This document shows, one piece after another, positions 46,398-56,351 of a stretch of 64,000 bases of DNA. Made by a program: the position numbers and the translations under genes. The stretch's first letter is position 1, and every line of letters starts with the position of its first letter. Where the stretch lies: the NCBI GenBank assembly GCA_947628235.1, contig CANQZC010000004.1, positions 12,314-76,313 of the forward strand, read 5' to 3'. The notes beneath the pieces are model-generated. The model saw only the letters and a program-made list of their open reading frames with translations, was not told the origin of the DNA and did not search any database. This DNA is from an uncultured Bacilli bacterium (GTDB taxonomy: Bacteria > Bacillota_I > Bacilli_A > RF39 > UBA660).

Positions 46398-46868
46398 ATG
46401 TCAAGTACAAAAGAGATTTATCTAACAGAAGAAGGGTTAGAAGAAATAAAGAAGGAATTAGATTTCCTCAAACTAGAAAGAAGACCTGAAATTATCCAGG
46501 CTTTGAAAGATGCAAGAGCACTTGGAGACTTAAGTGAAAATGCAGAATACGATGCTGCTCGTAATGATCAAGCACAAGTAGAAGCAAGAATTCAAGAATT
46601 AGAACACATGGTTGAAAAGGCCGTTGTTATTAAAGAAGTTAGTAAAGATGTCGTTGCAATTGGAACAAAAGTAACGATTGAATATGTAGAAGATCAAGAA
46701 CAAGAAGAGTATTCTATTGTGGGAAGTAAGGAAGCAGATCCATTCGCGAATAAGATTTCTAATGAATCACCTATTGCGAAAGCAATTATGGGAATGCGTG
46801 TTGGAAATGTGGTTTCTGTTGATAGCCCAAATGGAAAATACGATGTGAAGATTGTCGCAATTGCTTAA
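46398..46868 (+). CDS. greA: Transcription elongation factor GreA
   Basis: A coiled-coil N-domain is followed by a C-terminal FKBP-like region, GTKVTIEYVEDQEQEEYSIVG. The ATG at 46398 follows AAGGGTGA. Confidence 0.85.
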   Translation: MSSTKEIYLTEEGLEEIKKELDFLKLERRPEIIQALKDARALGDLSENAEYDAARNDQAQVEARIQELEHMVEKAVVIKEVSKDVVAIGTKVTIEYVEDQEQEEYSIVGSKEADPFANKISNESPIAKAIMGMRVGNVVSVDSPNGKYDVKIVAIA

Positions 46869-46925
46869 GTAGAGAGTTTTCTCTACTTTTTTTTCATAAA
46901 AAAATTCTAGGTATCTAGAATTTTA
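46868..46925. terminator. Convergent hairpins between greA and clpP (GTAGAGA...TCTCTAC then T8; AATTCTAG...CTAGAATT with A/T runs on both sides)
   Basis: The inverted repeats can be read directly. Confidence 0.45.
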
Positions 46926-47488
46926 TCAATTAATCCATATTCTAAGGCTTCTTTCGCATCTAGAAAGAAGTCTCTTTCGGTATCTTTTTCAATGACCGAA
47001 AGAGGTTGATTCGTATTTTTTACCAAAATCTCATTCAATCGTTTTCTTGTTTTTAAAATATGTTCGGCTGCAATTTTAATTTCTGTTGCTTGTCCTTGCG
47101 CTCCTCCTAAAGGTTGATGAATCATAACTTCACTATTCGGTAAGGAAAAGCGTTTTCCTTTCGTTCCACTAGAGAGTAGAAAAGCCCCCATCGAAGCAGC
47201 CATTCCAAGACAGATAGTAGAGACATCACTTTGAATAAAATTCATCGTATCATAGATGGCCATTCCAGCCGTCACACTTCCTCCCGGAGAATGAATATAA
47301 ATCGAAATATCTTGATGATTTAGGGAGTCTAAATAAAGCAGTTCACTCACGATAATATTCGCTAAATTCTCATCGATTTCACCCGTTAATAGAATGATTC
47401 TATCTTCTAAGAGACGAGAGTAGAGATCATAGACTCTTTCACTACCATGTTTTTTTTCAATGACATTTGGAATTAACAAGTTCATCAT
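46907..47488 (-). CDS. clpP: ATP-dependent Clp protease proteolytic subunit
   Basis: The Ser-His-Asp context is present: [11 protein letters not shown] and MIHQPLGG. Confidence 0.9.
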   Translation of the reverse strand: MMNLLIPNVIEKKHGSERVYDLYSRLLEDRIILLTGEIDENLANIIVSELLYLDSLNHQDISIYIHSPGGSVTAGMAIYDTMNFIQSDVSTICLGMAASMGAFLLSSGTKGKRFSLPNSEVMIHQPLGGAQGQATEIKIAAEHILKTRKRLNEILVKNTNQPLSVIEKDTERDFFLDAKEALEYGLIDKILDT

Positions 47489-47590
47489 CTCCTGTTATTA
47501 GCATAGGATGAAATAGAGAAAAATATTCAAAAAATAATGACAAGGATAGCTTTTTTTGGTAAAATGGATATTAGAGAATAGAGGGATTGT

Positions 47591-49255
47591 ATGGGTGAGA
47601 AAACGGTACAAGTAATATATCATCAACTCGAAGTGAAAGAGTTTCCAGTTGGAACCACTCTCAAGCAAGTAAGTAAGAGTTTTGGACACAATTATCCATA
47701 TGATATCTTAGTTGCTAAAGTGGATAATGACATTGTCGAATTAGGAGATTCGATTACCAAAAAATGTAGTGTAGATTTCTTTGATCGAAGCAGTGCCTTA
47801 GGATATAGTGTATATACAGCAAGTGCGATGTTTATGATGATTGTTGCGGTGAAACATCTCTTTGGAGAAGAAAAAGAAGTATATATTGATCATTCTATTG
47901 ATTTTGGTGTTTTCTGCCGTATTGATGGTGTAGAAATTACAGAAGAGGTTGCTCATGATATTGAGGAAGAGATGCATAAGATTTATCGAGATGATTATCT
48001 TTTCAAAAAAGTGAGTGTTTCTAGAATTGATGCGATTCAATACTATAAGAAAAAGAAAAAAATGGATAAAGTGCGAGTATTAAAATATATTTCTAATACC
48101 TATGTCAATCTTTATCGGTTAGATGATGTATATGATTATTTCTATACAAAACTTGCTTATAGTACTAGACAAATTAATGATTTTAAGATTACGAGAATTG
48201 ATAATCGTGGTTTTGTACTATCTTTTCCAAGTACATTAAATCCAGAATGTACCTTAGATTATGTTCATCATGAAAAGGTCTTTGAAGAATTTCAAAGGTA
48301 TAATACTCTTTGCATGAAACTAGGAATTAATACAGCAGCGGATTTGAATGAAGTGGTTTCTTCTGCAAAAGAGGCAGAATTGATTCGTTTAGCAGAGACA
48401 AACTATAATACGCAATTAGTCAATATTGCTTCTATCATAGAAGAAAAACCAGAAATTAAACTCATTTTATTAGCTGGACCTTCTAGTAGCGGAAAGACAA
48501 CGACAGCGCGGAAGTTAGTTACTTGTTTAAAAAGTAGAGGAATCAATATTATTCAACTTTCTACGGATGATTATTTTGTAAATAAAGAGGATACTCCGAA
48601 AGATGAGAAGGGAGAATATGATTTTGAATCTCTCTATACGGTAGATTTAAATTTATTTAATAAACATCTATCTCAATTATTAGATGGAAAAAGAGTAGAA
48701 ATTCCAACTTATAATTTTGTGACAGGAAAACGAGAATATCATGGTAATTTCGTTAAATTAGGTCCGAAAGATATGTTGATTGTAGAAGGAATTCATGCGT
48801 TAAATGATTTACTTACTATGTCTATTGATCGAAAGAATAAATTTAAAATTTACATTAGTCCATTAACACAGATGAATATTGATCATCATAGTCATGTTCA
48901 TACAAGTGATTTAAGAAAGTTAAGACGTATCGTACGAGATAGTAAAACTCGTGGGTACACAGCATCGCAGACACTTAGTATGTGGGCTTCTGTGGAAAAG
49001 GGAGAAAGAAGAAATATCTATCCATTCCAAGATGAAGTGGATGAGGTTATTAATTCTTCTTTAATCTATGAAATAGGAGTTTTAAAGACTTATGTAGAAC
49101 CATTACTTTTCTGTGTGGAGGAAAATGACCCATCTTATCCAGAAGCACTTAGGTTAATTAATTTCTTACGAAATTTCTTACCAATTCCTGGAGATGATGT
49201 TCCAGTAGATTCTGTTTTAAGAGAATTTATCGGTGGAAGTTGCTTTAAAAATTAG
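47591..49255 (+). CDS. Uridine kinase/phosphoribulokinase-family nucleoside kinase with an N-terminal TGS-like domain
   Basis: A P-loop LLAGPSSSGKTTTARKL sits in the C-terminal half. The N-terminal beta-grasp-like region precedes it. Confidence 0.55.
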   Translation: MGEKTVQVIYHQLEVKEFPVGTTLKQVSKSFGHNYPYDILVAKVDNDIVELGDSITKKCSVDFFDRSSALGYSVYTASAMFMMIVAVKHLFGEEKEVYIDHSIDFGVFCRIDGVEITEEVAHDIEEEMHKIYRDDYLFKKVSVSRIDAIQYYKKKKKMDKVRVLKYISNTYVNLYRLDDVYDYFYTKLAYSTRQINDFKITRIDNRGFVLSFPSTLNPECTLDYVHHEKVFEEFQRYNTLCMKLGINTAADLNEVVSSAKEAELIRLAETNYNTQLVNIASIIEEKPEIKLILLAGPSSSGKTTTARKLVTCLKSRGINIIQLSTDDYFVNKEDTPKDEKGEYDFESLYTVDLNLFNKHLSQLLDGKRVEIPTYNFVTGKREYHGNFVKLGPKDMLIVEGIHALNDLLTMSIDRKNKFKIYISPLTQMNIDHHSHVHTSDLRKLRRIVRDSKTRGYTASQTLSMWASVEKGERRNIYPFQDEVDEVINSSLIYEIGVLKTYVEPLLFCVEENDPSYPEALRLINFLRNFLPIPGDDVPVDSVLREFIGGSCFKN

Positions 49256-49269
49256 AAAGAAGGAAAAAA

Positions 49270-50274
49270 ATGATTAGAGTAGCAATTAACGGATTCGGAA
49301 GAATAGGAAGACTAGTATTTAGAATTATGGAGGAAGACCCAACATTTGAAGTTGTCGCTATTAACGATTTAACCGATGCAGAACAATTAGCGTATTTATT
49401 AAAGTATGATACTTCTCATCGTTGTTATCGTCTAGATGATATTTCTCATGATGAAAATTCTATCATTGTAGGAGGAAGACATATTCGTGTCTATGCAGAA
49501 ACTGATCCTGCTAACCTTCCTTGGGGAGAACTTGGAATTGATGAAGTATTTGAATGTACTGGTAAATTTACTGATTTAGAGAAAGCTTCTGCTCATATTC
49601 GTGCTGGAGCTAAAAAAGTAATTATCTCTGCTCCTGCCAAAGGGGATTTAAAGACAATTGTTTACAATGTTAATGAAAATACATTAGATGGTAGCGAGAC
49701 AGTCATTAGTGCTGCTAGTTGTACAACAAACTGTTTAGCGCCTGTTGTCAATGTATTAGAGAAAAACATTGGTATTGTAAAAGGATATATGACAACCGTT
49801 CATGCTTATACAAACGATCAAGCAACTCTTGATATTGCTCATAAAAAGGGAATTAATGCTCGTCGTGGTAGAGCTTGTGCTGCCAACATTGTTCCATCAT
49901 CAACAGGAGCAGCCAGTGCTTTAGGACTTGTTATTCCATCTGTTCAAGGAAAAATGGATGGAGGAGCTCTTCGTGTTCCTACGACAGATGGTTCTGTTGT
50001 TGATTTAACACTAGAACTTACAAGACCTACAACCGCAGAAGAAATTAATCAATTATTCCGTACGAATGCTAGTGAAACATTAGGATTTACGATGGATCCA
50101 ATCGTATCTAGTGACATTATTGGTTCTTATTTAGGAGGATTAGTAGATGGTCAATTAACAAAGGTACTAGATGTAAATGGTAGTCAACTAGTAAAAGTCG
50201 TAGCATGGTATGACAATGAGATGGGATACAGTGCTCAAATGGTTAGAACAGCAAAATATTGGGGCCAAATGTAA
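49270..50274 (+). CDS. gap: Type I glyceraldehyde-3-phosphate dehydrogenase
   Basis: NGFGRIGR Rossmann motif; ASCTTNCLAP active site. Confidence 0.9.
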   Translation: MIRVAINGFGRIGRLVFRIMEEDPTFEVVAINDLTDAEQLAYLLKYDTSHRCYRLDDISHDENSIIVGGRHIRVYAETDPANLPWGELGIDEVFECTGKFTDLEKASAHIRAGAKKVIISAPAKGDLKTIVYNVNENTLDGSETVISAASCTTNCLAPVVNVLEKNIGIVKGYMTTVHAYTNDQATLDIAHKKGINARRGRACAANIVPSSTGAASALGLVIPSVQGKMDGGALRVPTTDGSVVDLTLELTRPTTAEEINQLFRTNASETLGFTMDPIVSSDIIGSYLGGLVDGQLTKVLDVNGSQLVKVVAWYDNEMGYSAQMVRTAKYWGQM

Positions 50275-50281
50275 AGTGACA

Positions 50282-50312
50282 AAATACTTCCTTCGGGAAG
50301 TATTTTATTTAT
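50282..50312 (+). terminator. Rho-independent terminator: AAATACTTCC, loop TTCG, GGAAGTATTT, T-rich tail
   Basis: A perfect 10-bp stem with a tetraloop. Confidence 0.65.
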
Positions 50313-50352
50313 AAAAAACTATGTTATAATAGAAAAGAAAGTAGGTGAGTTC

Positions 50353-51207
50353 GTGCCTATTATACTAATTCTATTATCCGTATTACCAGTTATTCTTTTA
50401 GGGAGATATATTTATAAAAACGATTTTGAAAAAGAGCCAAAAGGATTATTAGTGGGACTTTTTTTGATGGGATTTGGATCGATTGCGCTCACCCTTGTAT
50501 TAACCTTTGCATTAGAGATAGTCTTTCCTTTCTTTTCCCCAGAAAATGAAAATTCGATTAATCTTTTCGAATTAATTCCATATATTTTTATTGGTGTAGC
50601 GTTGATTGAGGAGTTTTCAAAGTGGATATTTTCTTATTTGATTGGATATCATACAAAAGAGTTTAATCATGCCTATGATGCTATTGTATATTCTACTTTT
50701 GTAGCGTTAGGGTTTGCTTGTATTGAAAACATTCTCTATGTTTTTATGGGAGGAATTGGGACAGCCTTCACGAGAGCGATAACCGCAGTTCCAGGACATG
50801 CTTGTTTTGGAGTCATTATGGGATTTTACTTAGGACTTGCTAAAACAGCAGAAAGAAATCAAAATAGAAAGGTAATTCGAACCAATTTAATAAAGAGTCT
50901 TCTTTTCCCTATTTTAGCGCATGGACTTTATGATTACTTTATTTTTGCAACCGCTACTGAAGCCTTCTTTAAGGTTCCATTTATCTTATTTGTTATCTTC
51001 TTATTTTCTGTAGCGCCTAAGTTGATTCGTCAATTAGCGGCGATTCATTATGATATTCAATTAGGAGTTATGACTCCAGAACCAGTTAGTTATATGGCAA
51101 CTCCTATGGGAATGCCTCAATATACTTATCAATTCTGCCCAATTTGTGGAGAGAGAGTAGTTGGCCGTTTCTGTTCACGCTGTGGACATGACCATTTTCA
51201 AGGATAA
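50353..51207 (+). CDS. PrsW-like intramembrane protease with a C-terminal zinc ribbon
   Basis: EEFSKW and HGLYD motifs sit in polytopic membrane helices. The C-terminus has CPICGERVVGRFCSRCGH. A GTG start follows AGGTGA. A TGtTATAAT -10 lies upstream. Confidence 0.55.
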   Translation: MPIILILLSVLPVILLGRYIYKNDFEKEPKGLLVGLFLMGFGSIALTLVLTFALEIVFPFFSPENENSINLFELIPYIFIGVALIEEFSKWIFSYLIGYHTKEFNHAYDAIVYSTFVALGFACIENILYVFMGGIGTAFTRAITAVPGHACFGVIMGFYLGLAKTAERNQNRKVIRTNLIKSLLFPILAHGLYDYFIFATATEAFFKVPFILFVIFLFSVAPKLIRQLAAIHYDIQLGVMTPEPVSYMATPMGMPQYTYQFCPICGERVVGRFCSRCGHDHFQG

Positions 51208-51230
51208 ATTTGTAAAAATCATTGATTTTT

Positions 51231-51259
51231 GTTGACAAATAAAGAATTATTCGATATAA
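51231..51259 (+). promoter_or_regulatory. Consensus sigma-A promoter (TTGACA, 17 nt spacer, TATAAT) of the infC-rpmI-rplT operon
   Basis: The hexamers can be read directly. Confidence 0.55.
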
Positions 51260-51428
51260 TCATTCGTGTAATGAAAAAAAGGAAAGCGATGTATCCACAT
51301 CCACCTGATTGCTAAAGCAATAGGTAAAGGCCTAACATAATAATTTATGCGTGCTTAAAAGTGGATACCCTGTATGCACTTTTTTCATGGTATAGGATAC
51401 CATTTTCAGTTATGAGGAGGTGTTTGTT
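51260..51428 (+). promoter_or_regulatory. infC operon leader with alternative hairpins (candidate L20-responsive attenuator)
   Basis: GTATCCAC at 51289 and GTGGATAC at 51361 can pair at long range. Hairpin AAAAGTG...CACTTTT is followed by T5. Hairpin TGGTAT-agg-ATACCA is followed by T4. All of this lies upstream of the RBS GAGGAGG. Confidence 0.4.
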
Positions 51429-51959
51429 ATCGCAAACAAGGAAAAAGATTTGTTCATTAATGAGCAAATTCACGCGAAAGAAGTAATGGTCATTGGTCCA
51501 AACGGTGAACAATTAGGAATTAAAAATATTAAGGATGCTTTAACTCTTTCTACCTATGCAGGGTTTGATCTTGTTTTAATTAATCCATCTGGTAATCCAC
51601 CAGTATGTAAGATTATGGATTATAATAAGTTTAAATACGAAAGTAAAAAGAAACAGAAAGAAAACTTAAAAAAACAAAGAGAAACCAATTTAGAAATGAA
51701 AGAATATCGTCTCTCTGTAGTTATCGATGTTCATGATTTTCAAACGAGAGTAAATCAAGCTTCTAAATATTTAGAGAAAGGTCACCGTGTGAAGGGGTCT
51801 ATTCGCTTTAAAGGAAGAGAAATGGCTCACACAGAGTTAGGAAAAGAGGTATTACTACGCTTTGCTGAGGCATTAGCGGAAGTATCTGAAATTGAACAAA
51901 AGCCACTTCTAGACGGTCGTAATATGACAATGATACTTATGCCAAAAAAAGAAAAATAG
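51429..51959 (+). CDS. infC: Translation initiation factor IF-3, probable non-canonical AUC start
   Basis: IANKEKDLFINEQIHAKEVMVIGPNGEQLGI aligns with IF-3 N-termini. The in-frame GTG at 51420 overlaps the RBS. ATC lies 8 nt after GAGGAGG. Confidence 0.75.
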   Translation: MANKEKDLFINEQIHAKEVMVIGPNGEQLGIKNIKDALTLSTYAGFDLVLINPSGNPPVCKIMDYNKFKYESKKKQKENLKKQRETNLEMKEYRLSVVIDVHDFQTRVNQASKYLEKGHRVKGSIRFKGREMAHTELGKEVLLRFAEALAEVSEIEQKPLLDGRNMTMILMPKKEK

Positions 51960-51969
51960 GAGGAAAATT

Positions 51970-52164
51970 ATGCCAAAATTAAAAACACATAAAGGAACTA
52001 AAAAGGTATTAAATGTTCGTGATGGTGGATCTGTTAAAATTGGTCACCCAGGAACAAGACACAATACAGGAAAGAAAAACGCTGCTTCTAATCGAAGTGG
52101 AAGACATGCTTCTGCGCTTAGTAAGGCAGATGCTAATAGATTTAAGAATCTAAAGATTAAATAA
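51970..52164 (+). CDS. rpmI: Ribosomal protein L35
   Basis: MPKLKTHKGTKK N-terminus; 64 aa. Confidence 0.9.
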   Translation: MPKLKTHKGTKKVLNVRDGGSVKIGHPGTRHNTGKKNAASNRSGRHASALSKADANRFKNLKIK

Positions 52165-52182
52165 CAGAAGGAGGATGAAAGA

Positions 52183-52707
52183 ATGGCAAGAGTAAAAGGT
52201 GGAACTATCCACGCTGCAAGAAGAAAAAAAGTTTTAAAACAAGCTAAAGGTTACTTTGGAAGTAAACATAAATTATATAGAACTGCTAAAGAACAAGTAA
52301 TGCATTCTTTAAAATATGCTTATAGAGATAGAAGACAAACAAAGAGAAATATGAGAAAGTTATGGATTACTCGTATTAACGCTGCTTGTCGTATGAATGA
52401 GATTAGTTATTCTAAGTTCATTGATGGATTAAATAAAGCAGGAGTAACTATTAATAGAAAGATGTTAAGTGAAATCGCTATTCAAGATAGTGAAGCATTT
52501 ACAAAATTAGTAGTAGTTGCTAAAGATGCCTTAGCTGGAAAAGCAGGAAAACCTGCTAGTAAAGAAGAAAAAGTAGTAGCTGTAAAAGAAGAAGCAGAAG
52601 ATTTATCTAAAAAGACCGTTGCTGAGTTAAAAGAAATGGCAAAAGCAGCTGGTGTAGAAGGATATACTACTATGAAAAAAGCAGATTTATTAGAGGCTTT
52701 AAAATAA
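52183..52707 (+). CDS. rplT: Ribosomal protein L20 with a C-terminal extension of about 55 aa ending in a Rho_N-like helix-hairpin motif
   Basis: The first 120 or so aa are canonical L20. The extension is ...[33 protein letters not shown]. Confidence 0.8.
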   Translation: MARVKGGTIHAARRKKVLKQAKGYFGSKHKLYRTAKEQVMHSLKYAYRDRRQTKRNMRKLWITRINAACRMNEISYSKFIDGLNKAGVTINRKMLSEIAIQDSEAFTKLVVVAKDALAGKAGKPASKEEKVVAVKEEAEDLSKKTVAELKEMAKAAGVEGYTTMKKADLLEALK

Positions 52708-52730
52708 GAGTGAACTTCATTCTTATTTTT

Positions 52731-52757
52731 TTATCTCGTTTTAGCACTCTCACTTGA
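52731..52757 (+). promoter_or_regulatory. CIRCE-like inverted repeat (HrcA operator): TTAGCACTC, N9, AAGTGCTAA
   Basis: It matches the CIRCE consensus at 17 of 18 positions and overlaps the -35 of the clpB promoter. Confidence 0.6.
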
Positions 52758-52771
52758 CAAGTGCTAAAAAA
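52744..52771 (+). promoter_or_regulatory. Sigma-A promoter: TTGACA, 16 nt spacer, TATAAT
   Basis: The hexamers can be read directly upstream of clpB. Confidence 0.55.
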
Positions 52772-52819
52772 GGAGTATAATGAAGTAGGAATGAGGAATT
52801 CTAGAAAGAGGGGGATAGT

Positions 52820-54937
52820 ATGAATATGCAAGATCCATATCAAGAAAATTTAGAGAATGTATTAGAAAAATACGGACGAGATATTACGAAGTCTGTTCGG
52901 GATGGAAAGGTTGATCCTGTTATTGGAAGGGATGAAGAAGTTCGTAGTATTACCCGTATTTTATCACGAAAGACAAAGAATAATCCGGTTCTAATTGGGG
53001 AACCTGGCGTTGGAAAAACAGCTATTGTAGAGGGTTTAGCGCAACGAATTGTAAAAGGTGATGTACCTCTTAGTCTAAAGGGAAAAACAATCTGGGAACT
53101 CGATTTAGGCGCTCTTATTGCTGGAGCAAAATATCGTGGTGAATTTGAAGACCGGTTAAAAGCCGTTTTAAAAGAAATTCAGAAGACTGATGGAGATACT
53201 ATTTTATTTATTGATGAACTTCATATGATTGTAGGGGCTGGAGCAGAAGGCGCTATGGACGCTGGAAATATGTTAAAACCGATGTTAGCGCGTGGAGAGA
53301 TTCACATGATTGGCGCAACTACTTTAAATGAGTATCGTAAGTATATTGAGAAAGATGGCGCTTTAGAGCGTAGATTTCAAAAAGTAAAAGTATCGGAACC
53401 TACCGTATTAGATACGATTACTATTTTACGTGGATTAAAATCTCGTTTTGAAGTATTCCACAGTGTTAGTATTAAAGATAAGGCATTAGTTGCTGCAGCT
53501 ACTTTATCTGATCGATATATTACTGATCGATTCTTACCAGATAAGGCGATTGATTTAGTAGATGAGGCATGTTCTACCATTAAGGTTCAAATGGATTCTG
53601 TACCTACCGAACTAGATACATTAACTAGAAAAATTATGCAACTAGAAATTGAACTACAAGCTTTAAAGAAAGAAAAAGATGAACTTTCTAAGAAGAGAGT
53701 AGAAGAGATTCATGAGAAGTTAAAGGGTATGAAAGAGGAAGAGAAACGCCTTCGTAGTCAATGGGAAGATGAAAAAAATATTCTTGCTAAAATTAATGCT
53801 AAAAAAGAAGAGATTGAAAAATGTACTTTTGAACTAGAACAAGCAGAGAATAACTATGACCTAGAGGTAGCTGCTAGACTTCGTCACGGTGTTCTTCCTA
53901 CCTTAAATAAAGAATTAGAAGATTTAAGAAGTACCACAAACTCACAAATTTTAAGTGATGAGGTAACGGAAGAAGATATTGCGAAGATTGTTTCTAAATG
54001 GACGAATGTACCTGTTGCCAAATTAGTAGGCGGCGAAAGAGAGAAATTATTAAATCTAGAGGAAAATTTAAAGCGAAGAGTGAAAGGTCAAGACGAAGCA
54101 TTAAAATTGGTTAGTGAGGCCATTATTCGTGCCAGAGCAGGTATTAAAGACCCTAATCGACCAATCGGTTCTTTCCTTTTCTTAGGCCCTACCGGTGTAG
54201 GAAAGACGGAGGTAGCCCGTTCTTTAGCAGAAGAACTTTTTGATGATGAAAGACATATTGTTCGAATTGATATGAGTGAATATATGGAAGCTCACAGTGT
54301 CGCTAGATTGATAGGAGCGCCTCCAGGATATGTCGGATATGATGAAGGTGGACAATTGACAGAGAAAGTAAGAAGAAATCCTTATAGTATTGTCCTATTT
54401 GATGAAATTGAAAAGGCTCATCATGATATTTTTAATATTTTACTACAAATCTTAGATGATGGTAGAATTACGGATTCGCAAGGTAGAACAGTAGACTTTA
54501 AGAATACGATTATTATCATGACTTCTAACTTAGGAAGTGAATATATCTTAAGCGAACAGGAAGATGGCGAAGAATTAGTTTTAAAAGAACTAAAGAAGAC
54601 ATTCCGACCAGAATTCATTAACCGAATTGATGAAGTAGTTATCTTTAAATCCTTAACCAAAGAGGTAGTGGGAGATATCATCGATAAGATTATTGGGGAG
54701 ATAGAAGCTCGGCTATCTGATAAAAAGATTCACTTAATTCTAACGGAGAAAGCCAAAGAGTATATCATGGAGGAATCTTTTGTTCCAGAATATGGCGCTA
54801 GACCAATTCGCCGTTTCATTTCTAGAAATTTAGAGACCCTAATTGCTAGTAATTTAATTATGGATAATATCAAGTTTCAGTCAGAATTAATCATTGATGT
54901 TGATAAAAATGGATTTTTTTTAAGAGAAAATAAGTAA
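52820..54937 (+). CDS. clpB: ClpB-type AAA+ disaggregase lacking the N-terminal domain
   Basis: It has two NBDs (GEPGVGKT and GPTGVGKT) and a long coiled-coil M-domain between them. It begins at the position equivalent to NBD1. A terminator hairpin GAGAAAATA...TATTTTCTC plus T6 spans the stop codon at 54923..54951. Confidence 0.8.
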   Translation: MNMQDPYQENLENVLEKYGRDITKSVRDGKVDPVIGRDEEVRSITRILSRKTKNNPVLIGEPGVGKTAIVEGLAQRIVKGDVPLSLKGKTIWELDLGALIAGAKYRGEFEDRLKAVLKEIQKTDGDTILFIDELHMIVGAGAEGAMDAGNMLKPMLARGEIHMIGATTLNEYRKYIEKDGALERRFQKVKVSEPTVLDTITILRGLKSRFEVFHSVSIKDKALVAAATLSDRYITDRFLPDKAIDLVDEACSTIKVQMDSVPTELDTLTRKIMQLEIELQALKKEKDELSKKRVEEIHEKLKGMKEEEKRLRSQWEDEKNILAKINAKKEEIEKCTFELEQAENNYDLEVAARLRHGVLPTLNKELEDLRSTTNSQILSDEVTEEDIAKIVSKWTNVPVAKLVGGEREKLLNLEENLKRRVKGQDEALKLVSEAIIRARAGIKDPNRPIGSFLFLGPTGVGKTEVARSLAEELFDDERHIVRIDMSEYMEAHSVARLIGAPPGYVGYDEGGQLTEKVRRNPYSIVLFDEIEKAHHDIFNILLQILDDGRITDSQGRTVDFKNTIIIMTSNLGSEYILSEQEDGEELVLKELKKTFRPEFINRIDEVVIFKSLTKEVVGDIIDKIIGEIEARLSDKKIHLILTEKAKEYIMEESFVPEYGARPIRRFISRNLETLIASNLIMDNIKFQSELIIDVDKNGFFLRENK

Positions 54938-54984
54938 TATTTTCTCTTTTTTGGTATAATGGAAGAAGATAGGGTAGTGAAAGT

Positions 54985-55809
54985 ATGAAGGATAGAAAAA
55001 AATGGGGAATTATTTTTCTTAGTATTATCTTGCTTTTGCTTGTTACTACAGTAGTGACGCATAATCTTTCTTCCATGAGAACAGATTCCGGATGGGATAC
55101 GAGTTATGATGGAGGAGGCAGCAGTAGTAGTTCTGATGGTGATGGTGGAGATCTCTTCTTTTTAATCTATTTGATTTTAGAATATCCTATTATTGGTATT
55201 CCTCTTTGTATTTTCTTAATCTATAGTGTTTTTGCTAGTATGCATCCTAAGAAGATTACAGTAGATCCGAATACTAATATTCAATACATTCAAAACTTAC
55301 ATTTTCCAGAAGAGGAAGAAAAAATCATTCTTCGTGCTTATCAAGTATTCTATGAAACACAGTTAGCTTGGATGAATTTCGATTATCCAAAGTTACAAAA
55401 CTTACTAACGGATGAACTTTACAATATGTATAAAACACAATTAGAGGCATTAGAGTTAAAAGGTCAAAGAAATATTATGAGTGATTTTAGAATCTTATCT
55501 ATTTCTTTGAATGGTAGAAAGGAAGAAGAAGGGGTAGATACTACCGAGATTTCTCTTTCTGTCAGCTTCTATGATTATGTTGTTGATGCTTCTAACAAAG
55601 TAGTAAGAGGAAAAGATAGACAAAGAGTAACGATGTTTTATCGATTAACCTTTGTATCGAAAGATGTCGAATTAGATATTTGTCCAAACTGTGGCGCACC
55701 ACTTACAACACCAAATTATTGTGATTATTGTAAGTCACCACTTCAGGGAGTTTCTAAAGAAATGAGATTATCAAAGAAAGAAGTATTACATCAACGGATG
55801 GGAGGATAG
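54985..55809 (+). CDS. Membrane protein with an acidic G/S/D tract, a Tim44-like domain and a C-terminal zinc ribbon
   Basis: N-terminal TM; DSGWDTSYDGGGSSSSSDGDGGD; a second TM; C-terminal CPNCGAPLT...CDYCKSPL. Confidence 0.45.
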   Translation: MKDRKKWGIIFLSIILLLLVTTVVTHNLSSMRTDSGWDTSYDGGGSSSSSDGDGGDLFFLIYLILEYPIIGIPLCIFLIYSVFASMHPKKITVDPNTNIQYIQNLHFPEEEEKIILRAYQVFYETQLAWMNFDYPKLQNLLTDELYNMYKTQLEALELKGQRNIMSDFRILSISLNGRKEEEGVDTTEISLSVSFYDYVVDASNKVVRGKDRQRVTMFYRLTFVSKDVELDICPNCGAPLTTPNYCDYCKSPLQGVSKEMRLSKKEVLHQRMGG

Positions 55810-55811
55810 TT

Positions 55812-56351
55812 ATGTTTGATGAATTACAAAAATTAGAACCAGAATTTACAGAAAGTATGTTTCAGACAAAAGTAAATAATATTTTTGTTGCTATGATGAA
55901 TGCGATTATGTTTCGCGATATTGAAAGGGTATCTTCTTCTTTAGGAGAAGAGATGAGAGGAGTTATTTCTAACCGGATTAATGAACTTAATCAGAACCAT
56001 GAGATTCAGATGTATGATGAATTAAATGTTAAACATAATGAAGTAGTAAAAGTAACAATTTTAGAAGATAGATATCAAATAGATGTTAAATTAACGTCAA
56101 GATATATGGATTATAAATTGGATAGTGATAGTAAAGCATTGAAGAGTGGAAATAATTCTAGTAGAATTGAGAAAGTAAATTGGCTCACTTTTGAAGAAAA
56201 GAGAAACCATAAGTCTTTAGGAACTTCTGCGAAATGTCCTAGTTGTGGGGCTCCTATCGATTACAATTATACTGGTGTTTGTGAATACTGCGGTTCGCAA
56301 ATGCCTAAGGAAGATTACGATTGGGTGTTAGTATCATGGACACAAGAATGA
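55812..56351 (+). CDS. Soluble protein with a C-terminal zinc ribbon (Tim44-like?)
   Basis: CPSCGAPIDYNYTGVCEYCGS at the C-terminus. Confidence 0.4.
   Translation: MFDELQKLEPEFTESMFQTKVNNIFVAMMNAIMFRDIERVSSSLGEEMRGVISNRINELNQNHEIQMYDELNVKHNEVVKVTILEDRYQIDVKLTSRYMDYKLDSDSKALKSGNNSSRIEKVNWLTFEEKRNHKSLGTSAKCPSCGAPIDYNYTGVCEYCGSQMPKEDYDWVLVSWTQE

Noticed and set aside
47489-47590. CtsR operator upstream of clpP
   Set aside because: No tandem GGTCAAA-type heptads were found on either strand; only generic -10-like elements were seen.
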